A DNA stretch of 64,000 bases. Origin: an uncultured Bordetella sp. (lineage in GTDB: Bacteria > Pseudomonadota > Gammaproteobacteria > Burkholderiales > SG8-41). Shown here one piece after another: positions 44,632 through 54,387 of this stretch. The notes below the pieces were generated by a model. The model did not search any database, was not told where the DNA came from, and saw nothing but the letters and a program-made list of their open reading frames with translations. The DNA is taken from positions 17,219 through 81,218 of the forward strand of contig CAZHFZ010000008.1 in NCBI GenBank assembly GCA_964531455.1. The letters are read 5' to 3'. Every line of letters begins with the position of its first letter. The stretch's first letter is position 1. The position numbers and the translations under genes were made by a program.

Positions 44632-44674
44632 TATTGCTCCTGTTATTGAGTTGCGCTGACTATAGCTGTGCGAC

Positions 44675-45826
44675 TCAGGCCGCATACTTCTTGACGGTTT
44701 TCCAGTCAATTTCAAACCCGAAACCCGGCAGATCATTCAAGTGCACCATGCCGTCCTTGACCTGCGCACGCTCGGCAAACAGTTCAAACCACAGCGGGTC
44801 ACGGTCGGCGTTGCCGTGCGATTCCACGCCGAAACCCAGCCGCGGGAACGCCGAGATCAGATGGGCATGCACCTCCGGCACCAGATGCGGTGCAATACGC
44901 ACGCCATGCTGTTCAGACAGATAACTCACACGCAGGGATTCGGTGAAACCGGCAAAACGTGTCGAATCGAACTGCATGAAACCCAGCGCACCGCTGGTGA
45001 TGAAATCACGTGCGGTAAAGCGCGTCATTTCGCGCTCACCATGGGCCAGCGGAATCGTCGTATTTTTCGCCAGCACCGCAAAATCGGCGGGCTGCAGGTA
45101 CCAGTGCAGCGGCTCTTCCAACCAGTAAATGTTGTAAGGCTCGACGGCGTGGGCAAAACGGATACAGTCTTCCAGGTCGTAAGCCGCGTTCATATCGAGC
45201 ATCAGGTGCACGTCATTGCCGATCGCGGCGCGCGTCAGCCGGATGCGCTCCACTTCCTTTTCGATGCTCAGCCCGGCCGTTTTCAGCTTCACCGCCTTGT
45301 AGCCGCACTTGACGAAATCCGCCAACTCATCGGCGCAGACATGCAAGGGCGCATCCAGTTCGTAATAACCGCCGGTCGCGTAAGAAAACAACGGCTTGCC
45401 CTCTCCCCCCAGCAGTTTCCACACCGGCACGCCCAGCGCCTTGCCCTTGATGTCCCACAGCGCGCTGTCGATGCCGCCGATCGCCGCCATGATCTGCGGC
45501 CGGTCGCCGCGCGACATCGGCTGCGGCAGGCCGTCGCGCCCGCCCATGCCGGTCGCCCGCGGCGAGGTCAGCGAAAACAGTTTTTCCCAGACCGCGACCT
45601 GTGCCGTGGCGTCCATGCCGCGCGCGACTTCGCCGAGAAGCTCGACGTATTTGCAGATGTCCTTCAGCGGCGAACCGTGGATCTGGCCGATGCCGGTCAG
45701 ACCGTCATCCGTCTTGATTTCCACCAGCACGACGCTGGAACTGTGCAACTCCTCGTGAGCGGTCCACAGCGTGTGTTTGAGCTTGGCAGAAACGGCATAG
45801 GCTTTGACGGAAGCAATACGGGTCAT
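44675..45826 (-). CDS. Enolase-superfamily enzyme, mandelate racemase subgroup (acid-sugar or tartrate dehydratase-like)
   Basis: 383 aa. KxK motif (VKLKT), metal ligands in LMLDMN / LEEP / HGE, and a late His (APH) consistent with the MR subgroup. Confidence 0.8.
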   Translation of the reverse strand: MTRIASVKAYAVSAKLKHTLWTAHEELHSSSVVLVEIKTDDGLTGIGQIHGSPLKDICKYVELLGEVARGMDATAQVAVWEKLFSLTSPRATGMGGRDGLPQPMSRGDRPQIMAAIGGIDSALWDIKGKALGVPVWKLLGGEGKPLFSYATGGYYELDAPLHVCADELADFVKCGYKAVKLKTAGLSIEKEVERIRLTRAAIGNDVHLMLDMNAAYDLEDCIRFAHAVEPYNIYWLEEPLHWYLQPADFAVLAKNTTIPLAHGEREMTRFTARDFITSGALGFMQFDSTRFAGFTESLRVSYLSEQHGVRIAPHLVPEVHAHLISAFPRLGFGVESHGNADRDPLWFELFAERAQVKDGMVHLNDLPGFGFEIDWKTVKKYAA

Positions 45827-45861
45827 TACGAATCCTTAAATTATCATTTATAAACAAATAC

Positions 45862-47118
45862 TTACAATACAACACCGACGGCAGCAGCGGTCACCAGCGT
45901 AGCCAGCGTCCCCGAAATAATGGAGCGCATTCCCAGCGCGACGATGTCATCGCGCCGCTCCGGCACCATCGCCGTCAGCCCGCCCAGCATGATGCCCAGA
46001 CTGCCGAAATTCGCAAAGCCGCACAGCGCATAAGTCATGATCACCCGGCTGCGCGGACTCAGCTCTTCCACAGGCAACTGCGCGAGCTGCAGGTAGGCGA
46101 CGAATTCATTGAGCACCGTCTTCACGCCCATCAGCGCACCCGCCGTTTGCGCCTCAGCCCAGGGCACACCTGCCAACCAGGTCAGCGGCGCCATCACAAA
46201 ACCCAGCCCACGCTCCAGCGATACCGGCGCGCCATTGAACGTTGGCAGCACGGCCAGCCCCAGATTCACCATCGTGACCAGTGCCACCAGCACGATCAGC
46301 ATGGCAAGGATGTTCAGCAATAACTGCAAGCCATCAACGGTGCCCCGGGTCACGGCATCCATTGAACTGCGCGCCAGTGAGGGCAGATCCAGTCTGGCCG
46401 GCGTCGGACCACCCTGCGGCGGAACCATCAGGGCTGCAACCACGATTGCAGCAGGTGCCGAAATGATCGACGCGGCAAGAATATGCCCGATGGCATCCGG
46501 CACCGCAGGCCCGAGGATGCTCGCATACAACACCATCACCGTTCCTGCGACGCCCGCCATGCCGCAGGTCATCACAATGAACAGTTCACCGCGGGACAGT
46601 TTTGCCAGATACGGCCGCACCACCAACGGCGCCTCGACCATGCCGATGAAAACATTCGCGGCCGTTGACAGGCCGACCGCGCCGCCAATGCCCAGCGTTT
46701 TCTCCAGCACTGCAGACAACATGCGTACCAGCCACGGCAGCACCCGCCAGTAAAACAGCAATGCAGACAGTGCGCTGATCACCAGCACCAAGGGCAACGC
46801 GCGCAACGCGAGAATGAAAGTCGAGGTCTCAGGCTTCGCATCAAACGGCAACGGCGCCCCGCCGAGATAACCGAAGACCAGACTGGTTCCCGCCTGCGTC
46901 GCCCGCTCCAGCACGAGCAACAACTCGTTGAATGCCAGAAAAAACTGCTGGGCCGGGGGGAACTTCAGCAGCAGAGCCGCAAGCAACAGCGTCAGTGCAA
47001 CGCCGGGCAGAACTATACGCCAGGGCACTGCGCGGCGGTTTTCACTGATCGCCCAGGCAATGACGAGCAATACCATCAGCCCGAAAGCGCTTTGCAGAGC
47101 CGGACTCATCACTGGCAA
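45862..47118 (-). CDS. NupC/CNT-family concentrative transporter
   Basis: 418-aa polytopic protein. The N-terminal WRIVLPGVALTLLLAALLLK and central GGAP...FILA... pattern look like NupC-family permeases. Alternative start at 47109. Confidence 0.75.
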   Translation of the reverse strand: MPVMSPALQSAFGLMVLLVIAWAISENRRAVPWRIVLPGVALTLLLAALLLKFPPAQQFFLAFNELLLVLERATQAGTSLVFGYLGGAPLPFDAKPETSTFILALRALPLVLVISALSALLFYWRVLPWLVRMLSAVLEKTLGIGGAVGLSTAANVFIGMVEAPLVVRPYLAKLSRGELFIVMTCGMAGVAGTVMVLYASILGPAVPDAIGHILAASIISAPAAIVVAALMVPPQGGPTPARLDLPSLARSSMDAVTRGTVDGLQLLLNILAMLIVLVALVTMVNLGLAVLPTFNGAPVSLERGLGFVMAPLTWLAGVPWAEAQTAGALMGVKTVLNEFVAYLQLAQLPVEELSPRSRVIMTYALCGFANFGSLGIMLGGLTAMVPERRDDIVALGMRSIISGTLATLVTAAAVGVVL

Positions 47119-47168
47119 TCACATCCCCTGAAATTCAAATCCGCCGGTGACGGTTCCCGGCCTGAGGA

Positions 47169-48542
47169 CTACCCCCGCCGCCAGGTCGTCCCCTTGGCAC
47201 TATCCTCAAGAACAATCCCCGCATCCAGCAACATCTTGCGGATACGGTCGGCTTCAGCAAAGTTTTTAGCCTTCTTGGCTTCAACACGTGCCGCGATTTC
47301 GGATTCAATGCGTTCTGGCGTCCATTCACCTTCCTCGGCAGGGCCGCCCTGAAGAAAGGCATCCGGCTCACGCTGCAACAATCCCACCAAAGCCGCGAGA
47401 GACTTCAGCACAGTTGCCGTTGCTGCCGATTTGCTGCGATTCAGTTCATTCGCCAGATCAAACAGGACAGCCACCGCTTCCGGCGTGTTGAAATCGTCAT
47501 TCATTGCATCACGGAACGACACCGCAAACGGGTTAGTCCAGTCCACCGGGCCGGCGACTGCAGGAAAGCCCTTCAATGCGGTATAAAGCCGGCTCAATCC
47601 CTGACGTGCATCGTCAAGATGAGCGTCCGAATAATTCAGCGGGCTGCGGTATTGGGCACGGATGATGAAAAAGCGCACCACTTCCGCGTCATACTTGCCA
47701 AGGATCTCGCGTACGGTGAAAAAATTGCCCAGCGACTTTGACATTTTCTCGTTGTCGACGCGGACAAAACCGTTGTGCATCCAGTAGTTGACGAAGGTGC
47801 AACCGTGCGCGCCTTCGGACTGGGCAATCTCGTTTTCATGATGGGGAAACTGCAGATCCTGGCCGCCGCCATGAATATCAAATTGTTTACCGAGCAACGA
47901 ACCGGACATCACCGAGCATTCGATATGCCAACCCGGTCGACCCGCACCCCAGGGCGACTCCCAGGACGGTTCACCGGGTTTGGCACGCTTCCACAGCACA
48001 AAATCCAGCGGGTCCTGTTTGGCTGTATCCACCGCGACACGCTCTCCGGCGCGCAGATCTTCCAGCGACTTGCCCGACAGCTTGCCGTAGCCATCGAATT
48101 TGCGCACCGCGTAGTTCACGTCGCCATCGGCAGCCTGATAAGCGTAACCGCGCTGTTGCAGGGTGGTGATCATCTCCAGCATGCCCTGCACATATTGCGT
48201 CGCCCGCGGCTCGACGTCGGGCCGCTGCACGCCCAAAGCAGCGGAATCCTCATCCATCGCCTTGATGAACCGTTCCGTGAGCTGCCCCATCGTTTCGCCG
48301 TTTTCCTGGGCGCGCTTGATGATCTTGTCGTCGATGTCGGTAATGTTACGAACATAGGTGACGTCATAACCCGAGTTGCGCAGCCAGCGCTGCACAACAT
48401 CAAAAATGACCATTACCCGGGCGTGCCCGAGATGGCAGTAGTCGTAGACCGTCATGCCGCAGACGTACATGCGGACTTTGCCGGGCTCTATGGGTTTGAA
48501 CTCCTGCTTGTCCCGGGCGAGGGTATTGTAGATTTTGAGCAT
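47169..48542 (-). CDS. cysS: Cysteine--tRNA ligase
   Basis: 457 aa. HIGH (HLGHAR) and KMSKS motifs, plus the zinc-site Cys pattern. Confidence 0.97.
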   Translation of the reverse strand: MLKIYNTLARDKQEFKPIEPGKVRMYVCGMTVYDYCHLGHARVMVIFDVVQRWLRNSGYDVTYVRNITDIDDKIIKRAQENGETMGQLTERFIKAMDEDSAALGVQRPDVEPRATQYVQGMLEMITTLQQRGYAYQAADGDVNYAVRKFDGYGKLSGKSLEDLRAGERVAVDTAKQDPLDFVLWKRAKPGEPSWESPWGAGRPGWHIECSVMSGSLLGKQFDIHGGGQDLQFPHHENEIAQSEGAHGCTFVNYWMHNGFVRVDNEKMSKSLGNFFTVREILGKYDAEVVRFFIIRAQYRSPLNYSDAHLDDARQGLSRLYTALKGFPAVAGPVDWTNPFAVSFRDAMNDDFNTPEAVAVLFDLANELNRSKSAATATVLKSLAALVGLLQREPDAFLQGGPAEEGEWTPERIESEIAARVEAKKAKNFAEADRIRKMLLDAGIVLEDSAKGTTWRRG

Positions 48543-48647
48543 TTATTGGCTTGAGGCGCTGCGGCTGGGGGGCTCGATTTCCGAGTCCTGCCGAACCCCG
48601 TTTGGGGGAGTAGGCGACGGGCAGTACAATCCCGCTGAAAGAGAATG

Positions 48648-48675
48648 TTGAATTGGCGGTTGTTCTTGGTAAAAT
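48648..48675 (+). promoter_or_regulatory. Candidate sigma-70 promoter (TTGAAT-N16-TGgTAAAAT, extended -10)
   Basis: Hexamers read directly from the sequence, 78 nt upstream of the TPR-protein ATG. Confidence 0.35.
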
Positions 48676-48752
48676 CCAGAAAATTCAAGGACTAAAGCCG
48701 TTGCAACCAACATGAATCCTGTGCCCACAACGACCGCTGGAATAATAACACG

Positions 48753-49841
48753 ATGACTTTGAAACTGGCCGCGGCGCGACTCGCGGCATTTGTAGTTTGC
48801 CTGGGGCTCGCAACCCCCGTATTCGCCCAAGTTGATGAACTGCAGGAAGCACAGCAACTGCTGAAACAAGGTCAGGTGGACCGCGCGCTTGAACGTGTCG
48901 ATCAATACCTCAAGAGCAAGCCGAAGGATGCTCGAGGACGCTTTCTTCGCGGCATCCTGCTCACCGAGCAGAACAAACCGAACGATGCCATTCGCGTGTT
49001 TACGGAACTGACACAGGATTTCCCCGAACTTCCGGAACCCTACAACAACCTCGCGGTGCTGCACGCATCTCAGGGCCAGTACGACAAAGCCCGGGCCGCA
49101 CTGGAAATGGCCATACGCACGCATCCGAGCTACGCCACCGCACATGAAAATCTCGGCGACATCTACGCAAAGATGGCCAGTCAGGCCTATGACAAGGCGC
49201 TGCAACTGGACAAGGGCAATCAGGGTGCGCAAACAAAACTCAATTTGATCAAGGATCTGTTTTCGAACCAGCGTCCACCCAAAGTTGCCGTAGCTCGCAC
49301 TGAAAGCACACCGAAGGCCACACCTGTACCGGCCCCGGTGCAAACGCCGGCACCAGCCGCAGCCACCCCGTCAAAACCTGTTGCAGCGCCTGCCGTTGCC
49401 GTCGCAACAGCCGCTGCACCCGCCCCCGCGGCAAAAGAACCGGCAAAAGCAGCCCCCAAGGAACCTCCGAAGGAAGCGGCAAAGGATGCGCCGGCAGGCG
49501 ACGAAAATGCGGTCATCACAGCCGTCGAACGCTGGGCTTCTGCATGGTCGAACAACGATGTCGAAGGTTACCTGGCCCGATACGCCGCCAGTTTCAAAAC
49601 CCCGGATGGCGAACCGCGCAAGGCATGGGAAGCAGAACGCCGTGCCCGCATCGCCAAACCGCGCAAGATCGAGGTCAAGATCGAAGCGCCGAAAGTCACG
49701 TTCAAGGATGCCAACACGGCAAGCGTGAACTTCCGTCAGCATTACCGCTCAAATTCGTTCAAGGCCTCGGCTGGAAAGACTCTGATCATGATCAAGTCGG
49801 GTGACAAATGGCTGATCCAGCAGGAACTCGTCGGCGGATGA
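48753..49841 (+). CDS. Secreted TPR-repeat protein with Ala/Pro linker and C-terminal NTF2-like domain
   Basis: 362 aa. Signal peptide ...PVFA|Q. TPR repeats in aa ~30-150, then an AP-rich linker. The C-terminal ~110 aa are paralogous to the C-terminus of the next gene. Confidence 0.75.
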   Translation: MTLKLAAARLAAFVVCLGLATPVFAQVDELQEAQQLLKQGQVDRALERVDQYLKSKPKDARGRFLRGILLTEQNKPNDAIRVFTELTQDFPELPEPYNNLAVLHASQGQYDKARAALEMAIRTHPSYATAHENLGDIYAKMASQAYDKALQLDKGNQGAQTKLNLIKDLFSNQRPPKVAVARTESTPKATPVPAPVQTPAPAAATPSKPVAAPAVAVATAAAPAPAAKEPAKAAPKEPPKEAAKDAPAGDENAVITAVERWASAWSNNDVEGYLARYAASFKTPDGEPRKAWEAERRARIAKPRKIEVKIEAPKVTFKDANTASVNFRQHYRSNSFKASAGKTLIMIKSGDKWLIQQELVGG

Positions 49842-51106
49842 AACGGCCGCTGCTCGGCTGTGCGCTGGCCGCAGCGCTGCTAGCCACTGCGCTGACGCCT
49901 TCTTCAACAACACTCGCGCTGGGCAATCGCCCCCTTTCTTCGATTGCCGGCAACCTCTCCGGTTCGTCGATCCATGGCAAAGCCCTTGCAGCACCTGAGG
50001 CCATGCTGGCACAGACGCTGCTCGCCATCACCAGTTCACGCTTTGATATTGCGCTGTCCGAGATCGACAAAGTCCTCGAAACCCACCCGAACTTCCGACT
50101 GGCCCACTTGATACGCGGCGATCTGCTGATGGCGCGGGCACGTCCGATCAGCAGTATCGGCGCCGCATCCGAAGCTCCGGCCGACCGCATCGCAGACCTG
50201 CGAGACGAGGCCCGTGCACGACTGATCCGGCACCAGCAGGAACGCCCTGTCGACATGGTGCCGCGCTACCTGCTGCAGCTTGAGCCCGATCAGAAATATG
50301 CTTTCGTCGTCGACGCTTCGAAATACACGCTTTATGTTTTTGAAAACAACAACGGCAGTCCCCGCTATGTCGCCGACTACTACACCACGATCGGCCGGAA
50401 TGGCACCGAGAAACTGCGCGAGGGTGACAAGAAAACGCCGCTGGGGGTCTACCATGTCACCGGCAACCTGCAACGCGACTATCTGGTCAAGACCTATGGC
50501 AACCTGAGCAGCCTTTACGGTGATGGCGCTTTCCCGCTGAACTATCCGAACGCCTGGGATCGCCGCATGGGCCGAAACGGCCATGGCATCTGGCTGCATG
50601 GCGTACCGCATGACACATACAGCCGGCCGCCCCGAGCCAGCGATGGATGTGTTGCCATGACCAACGAAGATCTGCTGGAAATTTCGAAACACGTGCAGGT
50701 TGGACTGACCCCGGTCATCATTTCACCCAAGGTGGAATGGGTAAAACCCGACGCTGACAAGGCAACCCGGCAAGCACTGGACAAGTCCCTGGAACAGTGG
50801 CGCAGCGACTGGGAAAGCCGTGACAACAACAAGTTCCTGCAGCACTACTCCGGAAAGTTCTCTGCGGGCAAAACAAACTTTGCCGCATGGGCTGAACAAA
50901 AACGCAGTATCAACGCCGGCAAGACCTGGATCAAGGTCAAGGTTGATCGCGTCAGCATGTTCCTGTACCCGGGCAACGATGACCTCGCAGTGGTGACCTT
51001 TGACCAGGACTATGCCAGCAGCAACGTCAGCAACAAGATGCGCAAGCGCCAGTACTGGCAACGCGAGGGCGGCGCTTGGCGCATTGTTCATGAGGGTGCA
51101 GCCTGA
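49838..51106 (+). CDS. L,D-transpeptidase (YkuD domain) with C-terminal NTF2-like domain
   Basis: ORF 49808..51106 trimmed to MKRPLLGC at 49838 (ATGA overlap with the upstream stop). Catalytic motif HGIWLHG...SDGCVAM. Confidence 0.85.
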   Translation: MKRPLLGCALAAALLATALTPSSTTLALGNRPLSSIAGNLSGSSIHGKALAAPEAMLAQTLLAITSSRFDIALSEIDKVLETHPNFRLAHLIRGDLLMARARPISSIGAASEAPADRIADLRDEARARLIRHQQERPVDMVPRYLLQLEPDQKYAFVVDASKYTLYVFENNNGSPRYVADYYTTIGRNGTEKLREGDKKTPLGVYHVTGNLQRDYLVKTYGNLSSLYGDGAFPLNYPNAWDRRMGRNGHGIWLHGVPHDTYSRPPRASDGCVAMTNEDLLEISKHVQVGLTPVIISPKVEWVKPDADKATRQALDKSLEQWRSDWESRDNNKFLQHYSGKFSAGKTNFAAWAEQKRSINAGKTWIKVKVDRVSMFLYPGNDDLAVVTFDQDYASSNVSNKMRKRQYWQREGGAWRIVHEGAA

Positions 51107-51144
51107 CCGTTGTTCAGGCCGCGCCAGCGATTAACCGTAACAAT

Positions 51145-51753
51145 ATGATTTTATTTAAATATATGCTCCGACTATTCTTAATCCTTTTCGCCCTGCTCGC
51201 AGCCCCCACCGCATTCGCCGACAATCCCAAAGTCGAACTCAAAACGACGATGGGCAGCGTGGTATTGGAACTTTATCCGGAGAACGCGCCGAAAACCGTC
51301 GAGAACTTCCTGCAATATGTAAAAGACGGCTTCTATGACGGCACGATTTTCCATCGCGTGATTCCCGGCTTCATGGTTCAGGGCGGCGGCTTCACCGCAA
51401 ACATGCAGCAAAAAACCACAGGCCCGACGATCCGTAACGAAGCCGGCAACGGCCTTCGCAATGCCGTGGGTACCGTCGCGATGGCACGCACTGCAGACCC
51501 GCACTCCGCAACAGCACAATTTTTCATCAATGTTGCCGAGAATGATTTCCTGGATTTCAAATCGCCGGATGACAAGGGTTACGGATATACCGTGTTTGCC
51601 CGCGTGACCACCGGCATGGATGTCGTTGCAAAAATCACACAGACTCCGACCGCAACCGTCGGCCCGCACCAGAATGTCCCGCGTCAGCCTGTTTTTATTG
51701 AACGTGCGCGTCTGCTGCCCGGCACCACAGCAAAACCGGCCAAAGCCAAATAA
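51145..51753 (+). CDS. ppiA: Periplasmic cyclophilin-type peptidyl-prolyl isomerase
   Basis: 202 aa. Signal peptide ...PTAFA|[15 protein letters not shown] motif. Alternative start at 51163. Confidence 0.9.
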   Translation: MILFKYMLRLFLILFALLAAPTAFADNPKVELKTTMGSVVLELYPENAPKTVENFLQYVKDGFYDGTIFHRVIPGFMVQGGGFTANMQQKTTGPTIRNEAGNGLRNAVGTVAMARTADPHSATAQFFINVAENDFLDFKSPDDKGYGYTVFARVTTGMDVVAKITQTPTATVGPHQNVPRQPVFIERARLLPGTTAKPAKAK

Positions 51754-51776
51754 TTTCAATCAAGGACTCTGACAAC

Positions 51777-52268
51777 ATGATCAAATTACATACCAACCAC
51801 GGCGTCATTTCCCTTGAACTCGACGCCGTCAAAGCACCGGACACCGCCGCCAACTTCATCCAGTACGTCAAAGACGGCCATTACAACAACACGGTGTTTC
51901 ATCGCGTCATCGACGGATTTATGGTCCAGGGCGGCGGCTTCGAACCCGGCATGAAGCAGAAACCGACGCGCGACCCGGTGCAGAACGAAGCCAACAACGG
52001 CCTGAAGAACGACATGTATACCGTGGCAATGGCGCGCACTTCGGCACCCCACTCAGCCAGCGCACAGTTTTTCATCAACGTGTCCAACAACGATTTCCTC
52101 AATCACTCGGCACCGACCCCTCAGGGCTGGGGTTACTGCGTGTTCGGCAAAGTGGTCGACGGCACTGATGTGGTCGACAAGATCCGCAAGGTGAAAACCG
52201 GCAGCAAGGGGATGCACCAGGATGTCCCCGTGGAAGATGTAATTATCGAAAAAGCCGAAGTCGTCTGA
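51777..52268 (+). CDS. ppiB: Cytoplasmic cyclophilin-type peptidyl-prolyl isomerase
   Basis: 163 aa with no signal peptide. [14 protein letters not shown] motif. Confidence 0.93.
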   Translation: MIKLHTNHGVISLELDAVKAPDTAANFIQYVKDGHYNNTVFHRVIDGFMVQGGGFEPGMKQKPTRDPVQNEANNGLKNDMYTVAMARTSAPHSASAQFFINVSNNDFLNHSAPTPQGWGYCVFGKVVDGTDVVDKIRKVKTGSKGMHQDVPVEDVIIEKAEVV

Positions 52269-52309
52269 GATCTCAGCTGAATGAGCGGGGCGAAGAAGCC
52301 CCGCCCCCC

Positions 52310-53029
52310 ATGCATACGCTGTTCATTTCCGATCTGCACCTTGCCCCGGAGCGGCCGCAGATTACGGAACAATTCCTTCGCTTCATCCGTGAAACCGCCC
52401 CCCCGGCTTCGGCGCTGTATATCCTCGGCGACCTGTTTGAATACTGGGTGGGTGATGATGACCTCGAAGATCCGCTGAACGGAACGGTTTCCTCGGCGCT
52501 CTCGAAACTGGCCGAAGGCGGCACCGCGGTATATCTGATGCGGGGCAACCGTGACGTACTGTTGGGGGCCGACTTCGCATCACGCTGCCATGCCGCGCTG
52601 CTCGAAGATCCGGTGCTGGTGAATTTGCACGGCACACCAACGCTGCTGAGTCACGGTGATGCACTGTGTACCGACGATGTCGATTACCAGCGTTTCCGCG
52701 TGTATGCCCGCGATCCCGGCAACCAGCAGAAATTCCTCGCCCAGTCACTGGGAGCCCGACGGGAGCAGATGCGCGGCATGCGCGCGCAGAGCGAGGCTAG
52801 CAAGCAGCAGAAAACGGAAGCCATCATGGATGTCGCGCCGGCCGCCGTGGAAGAACTGCTGCGCAAACACGGCTATCCGCGGCTGATCCATGGCCACACC
52901 CACCGACCGGCACACCATCACCATACAGTCGACGGGCATGCCTGCGAACGCTGGGTGCTCAACGACTGGTATGAAACCGGCGGCTATCTGCGCTGCGACT
53001 CCGCCGGCTGCACTGCCGTCCTAAGCTAG
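52310..53029 (+). CDS. lpxH: UDP-2,3-diacylglucosamine diphosphatase
   Basis: 239 aa. Calcineurin-like metallophosphoesterase motifs ISDLHL, GDLFE, GNRD, HGD, GHTH. Confidence 0.93.
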   Translation: MHTLFISDLHLAPERPQITEQFLRFIRETAPPASALYILGDLFEYWVGDDDLEDPLNGTVSSALSKLAEGGTAVYLMRGNRDVLLGADFASRCHAALLEDPVLVNLHGTPTLLSHGDALCTDDVDYQRFRVYARDPGNQQKFLAQSLGARREQMRGMRAQSEASKQQKTEAIMDVAPAAVEELLRKHGYPRLIHGHTHRPAHHHHTVDGHACERWVLNDWYETGGYLRCDSAGCTAVLS

Positions 53030-54247
53030 GGCCTGCGTGAAATCCGCAATCAGGTCATCGATATCCTCGATGCCGATCGACAGCCGGATCAGCGAGTCCG
53101 CGATACCCATCTCCGCGCGGCGGGCTGCCCCCATTTCCCAGTAGATCGTCTGCGCGACCGGGATCGCCAGCGTCCGGTTGTCACCGAGATGGCTGGAGGA
53201 AATCACCAATTGCAGACGATTGAGGAAATCAAGGCAGTCAATATTTTCGGCCAGCTCAATGCTCATCAGGGCGCCGTAATGCCTGAACAATTCACCGGCC
53301 AGCTGATGCTGGGGATGATTTTCGAGGCCCGGATAATAGACTTTGGTGACTTTGGGGTGTTTCGCGAGAAAACCGGCCAACTGCAGGCAATTGCCTGAGG
53401 CGCGCTCCATCCGCAACGCCAGAGTCTCCGCCCCCATGGCCAAGCGGTGCGCCGGCTCGGCAGCCAGCGTAGCCCCGACATCACGCAGCCCCTTCTTGCG
53501 AATCTGCAGGATGCCCCAGTTCGCCGGATTGGCTGTTTTATAGTTGTCGTAGATGTTCGGGAACGACTTCCAGTCGAACAACCCGGTGTCGGTCACGGCG
53601 CCGCCCAACGCATTGCCGTGCCCGCCGATGTATTTGGTCAGCGAATTGATCACCAGGCTGGCCTGCACCTGTTTCGGCCGGAACAGATACGGCGAGGTCA
53701 TCGTATTGTCGACAAAATAGATGATCCCGCGGCGCGCGCACAACTCGCCGATACGCACAAGGTCGGCGATCTGGGTGCGTGGGTTGGCAATGGTTTCAAC
53801 GAACACCATCCGGGTATTGGGCCGCAGCGCCTTTTCCACGTTCTCCACGCGGGTCGCATCGACATAACTGATATCGCAGTCAAATTGACCGAGAGTTCCG
53901 AAAAGGCTGTTGGTGTTGCCGAACAGGAAAGCGCTCGACACCACATGGTCGCCGCCGCGCAGCAGCGCGATGAAGGCCGAGGCAATGGCCGCCATGCCGG
54001 TCGAAAAACAGGCTGTTGCAACGCCGTCCTCCATCTTGCTGATCTTGGATTCCAGCGCTGCGGTGGTGGGGTTGCCCTGACGCCCATAGGCGTAACCGGG
54101 CATCTCGCCCTTGAACACCTTGACCAGGTCGCGTGAATCCGGATACCCGAAGGCCACGGCGGTGTGCATGGGCTTGAGCACCGAATAATGCTCGATCGGC
54201 GCTTCCAGATCGGAATGCAGGATCTTGGTCGTGAATCCGTTTTTCAT
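53021..54247 (-). CDS. Cys/Met-metabolism PLP-dependent enzyme (O-acylhomoserine sulfhydrylase, MetY/MetZ-like)
   Basis: 408 aa. PLP-lysine context NSLTKYIGGHG. GG.V.D.G.FDW insertion typical of MetY-like sulfhydrylases. Located next to the purF operon, as metZ is in pseudomonads. Confidence 0.8.
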   Translation of the reverse strand: MKNGFTTKILHSDLEAPIEHYSVLKPMHTAVAFGYPDSRDLVKVFKGEMPGYAYGRQGNPTTAALESKISKMEDGVATACFSTGMAAIASAFIALLRGGDHVVSSAFLFGNTNSLFGTLGQFDCDISYVDATRVENVEKALRPNTRMVFVETIANPRTQIADLVRIGELCARRGIIYFVDNTMTSPYLFRPKQVQASLVINSLTKYIGGHGNALGGAVTDTGLFDWKSFPNIYDNYKTANPANWGILQIRKKGLRDVGATLAAEPAHRLAMGAETLALRMERASGNCLQLAGFLAKHPKVTKVYYPGLENHPQHQLAGELFRHYGALMSIELAENIDCLDFLNRLQLVISSSHLGDNRTLAIPVAQTIYWEMGAARRAEMGIADSLIRLSIGIEDIDDLIADFTQALA

Positions 54248-54264
54248 GGTCTTGCTCCATCAAA

Positions 54265-54297
54265 TAAAAAACCCGGCCAGCTAGCGCGGACCGGGTT
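54265..54297 (-). terminator. Rho-independent terminator acting as the expression platform in the met-gene leader
   Basis: Minus strand: AACCCGG-TCCGCGCTAGCTGG-CCGGGTT followed by TTTTTTA. It ends ~18 nt before the GGAG RBS of the sulfhydrylase gene. Confidence 0.6.
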
Positions 54298-54299
54298 CT

Positions 54300-54360
54300 T
54301 CCGTCGCTTTAGCTGCATTTTTAACGCGCCCGCAAGCTGCTCTTCAAATCGGCGCAACAG
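54300..54360 (-). ncRNA. Candidate SAM-II (metA-motif) riboswitch aptamer
   Basis: Minus strand: GCGCC-GAUUUGAAGAGCAGCUUGC-GGGCGC-GUUAAAAAUGCAGCUAAAGCG. P1 stem is GCGCC/GGCGC. The loop begins GAUUU and contains GCUUG. The 3' tail AAAAA..AGCUAAAGC can pair with loop AGCU(U) to form the pseudoknot. This matches my recollection of the SAM-II consensus. Confidence 0.5.
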
Positions 54361-54387
54361 AAGATTACCGCAGGCCCGCGGACCGCG

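Noticed and set aside
45852-45864. 13-nt identity AAACAAATACTTA shared between 39288-39300 (grpE upstream AT tract) and 45852-45864 (enolase-nupC spacer)
   Set aside because: It is a short match within two AT-rich spacers, and the second copy includes the transporter stop codon. It is plausibly chance, and flanks show no extended similarity.
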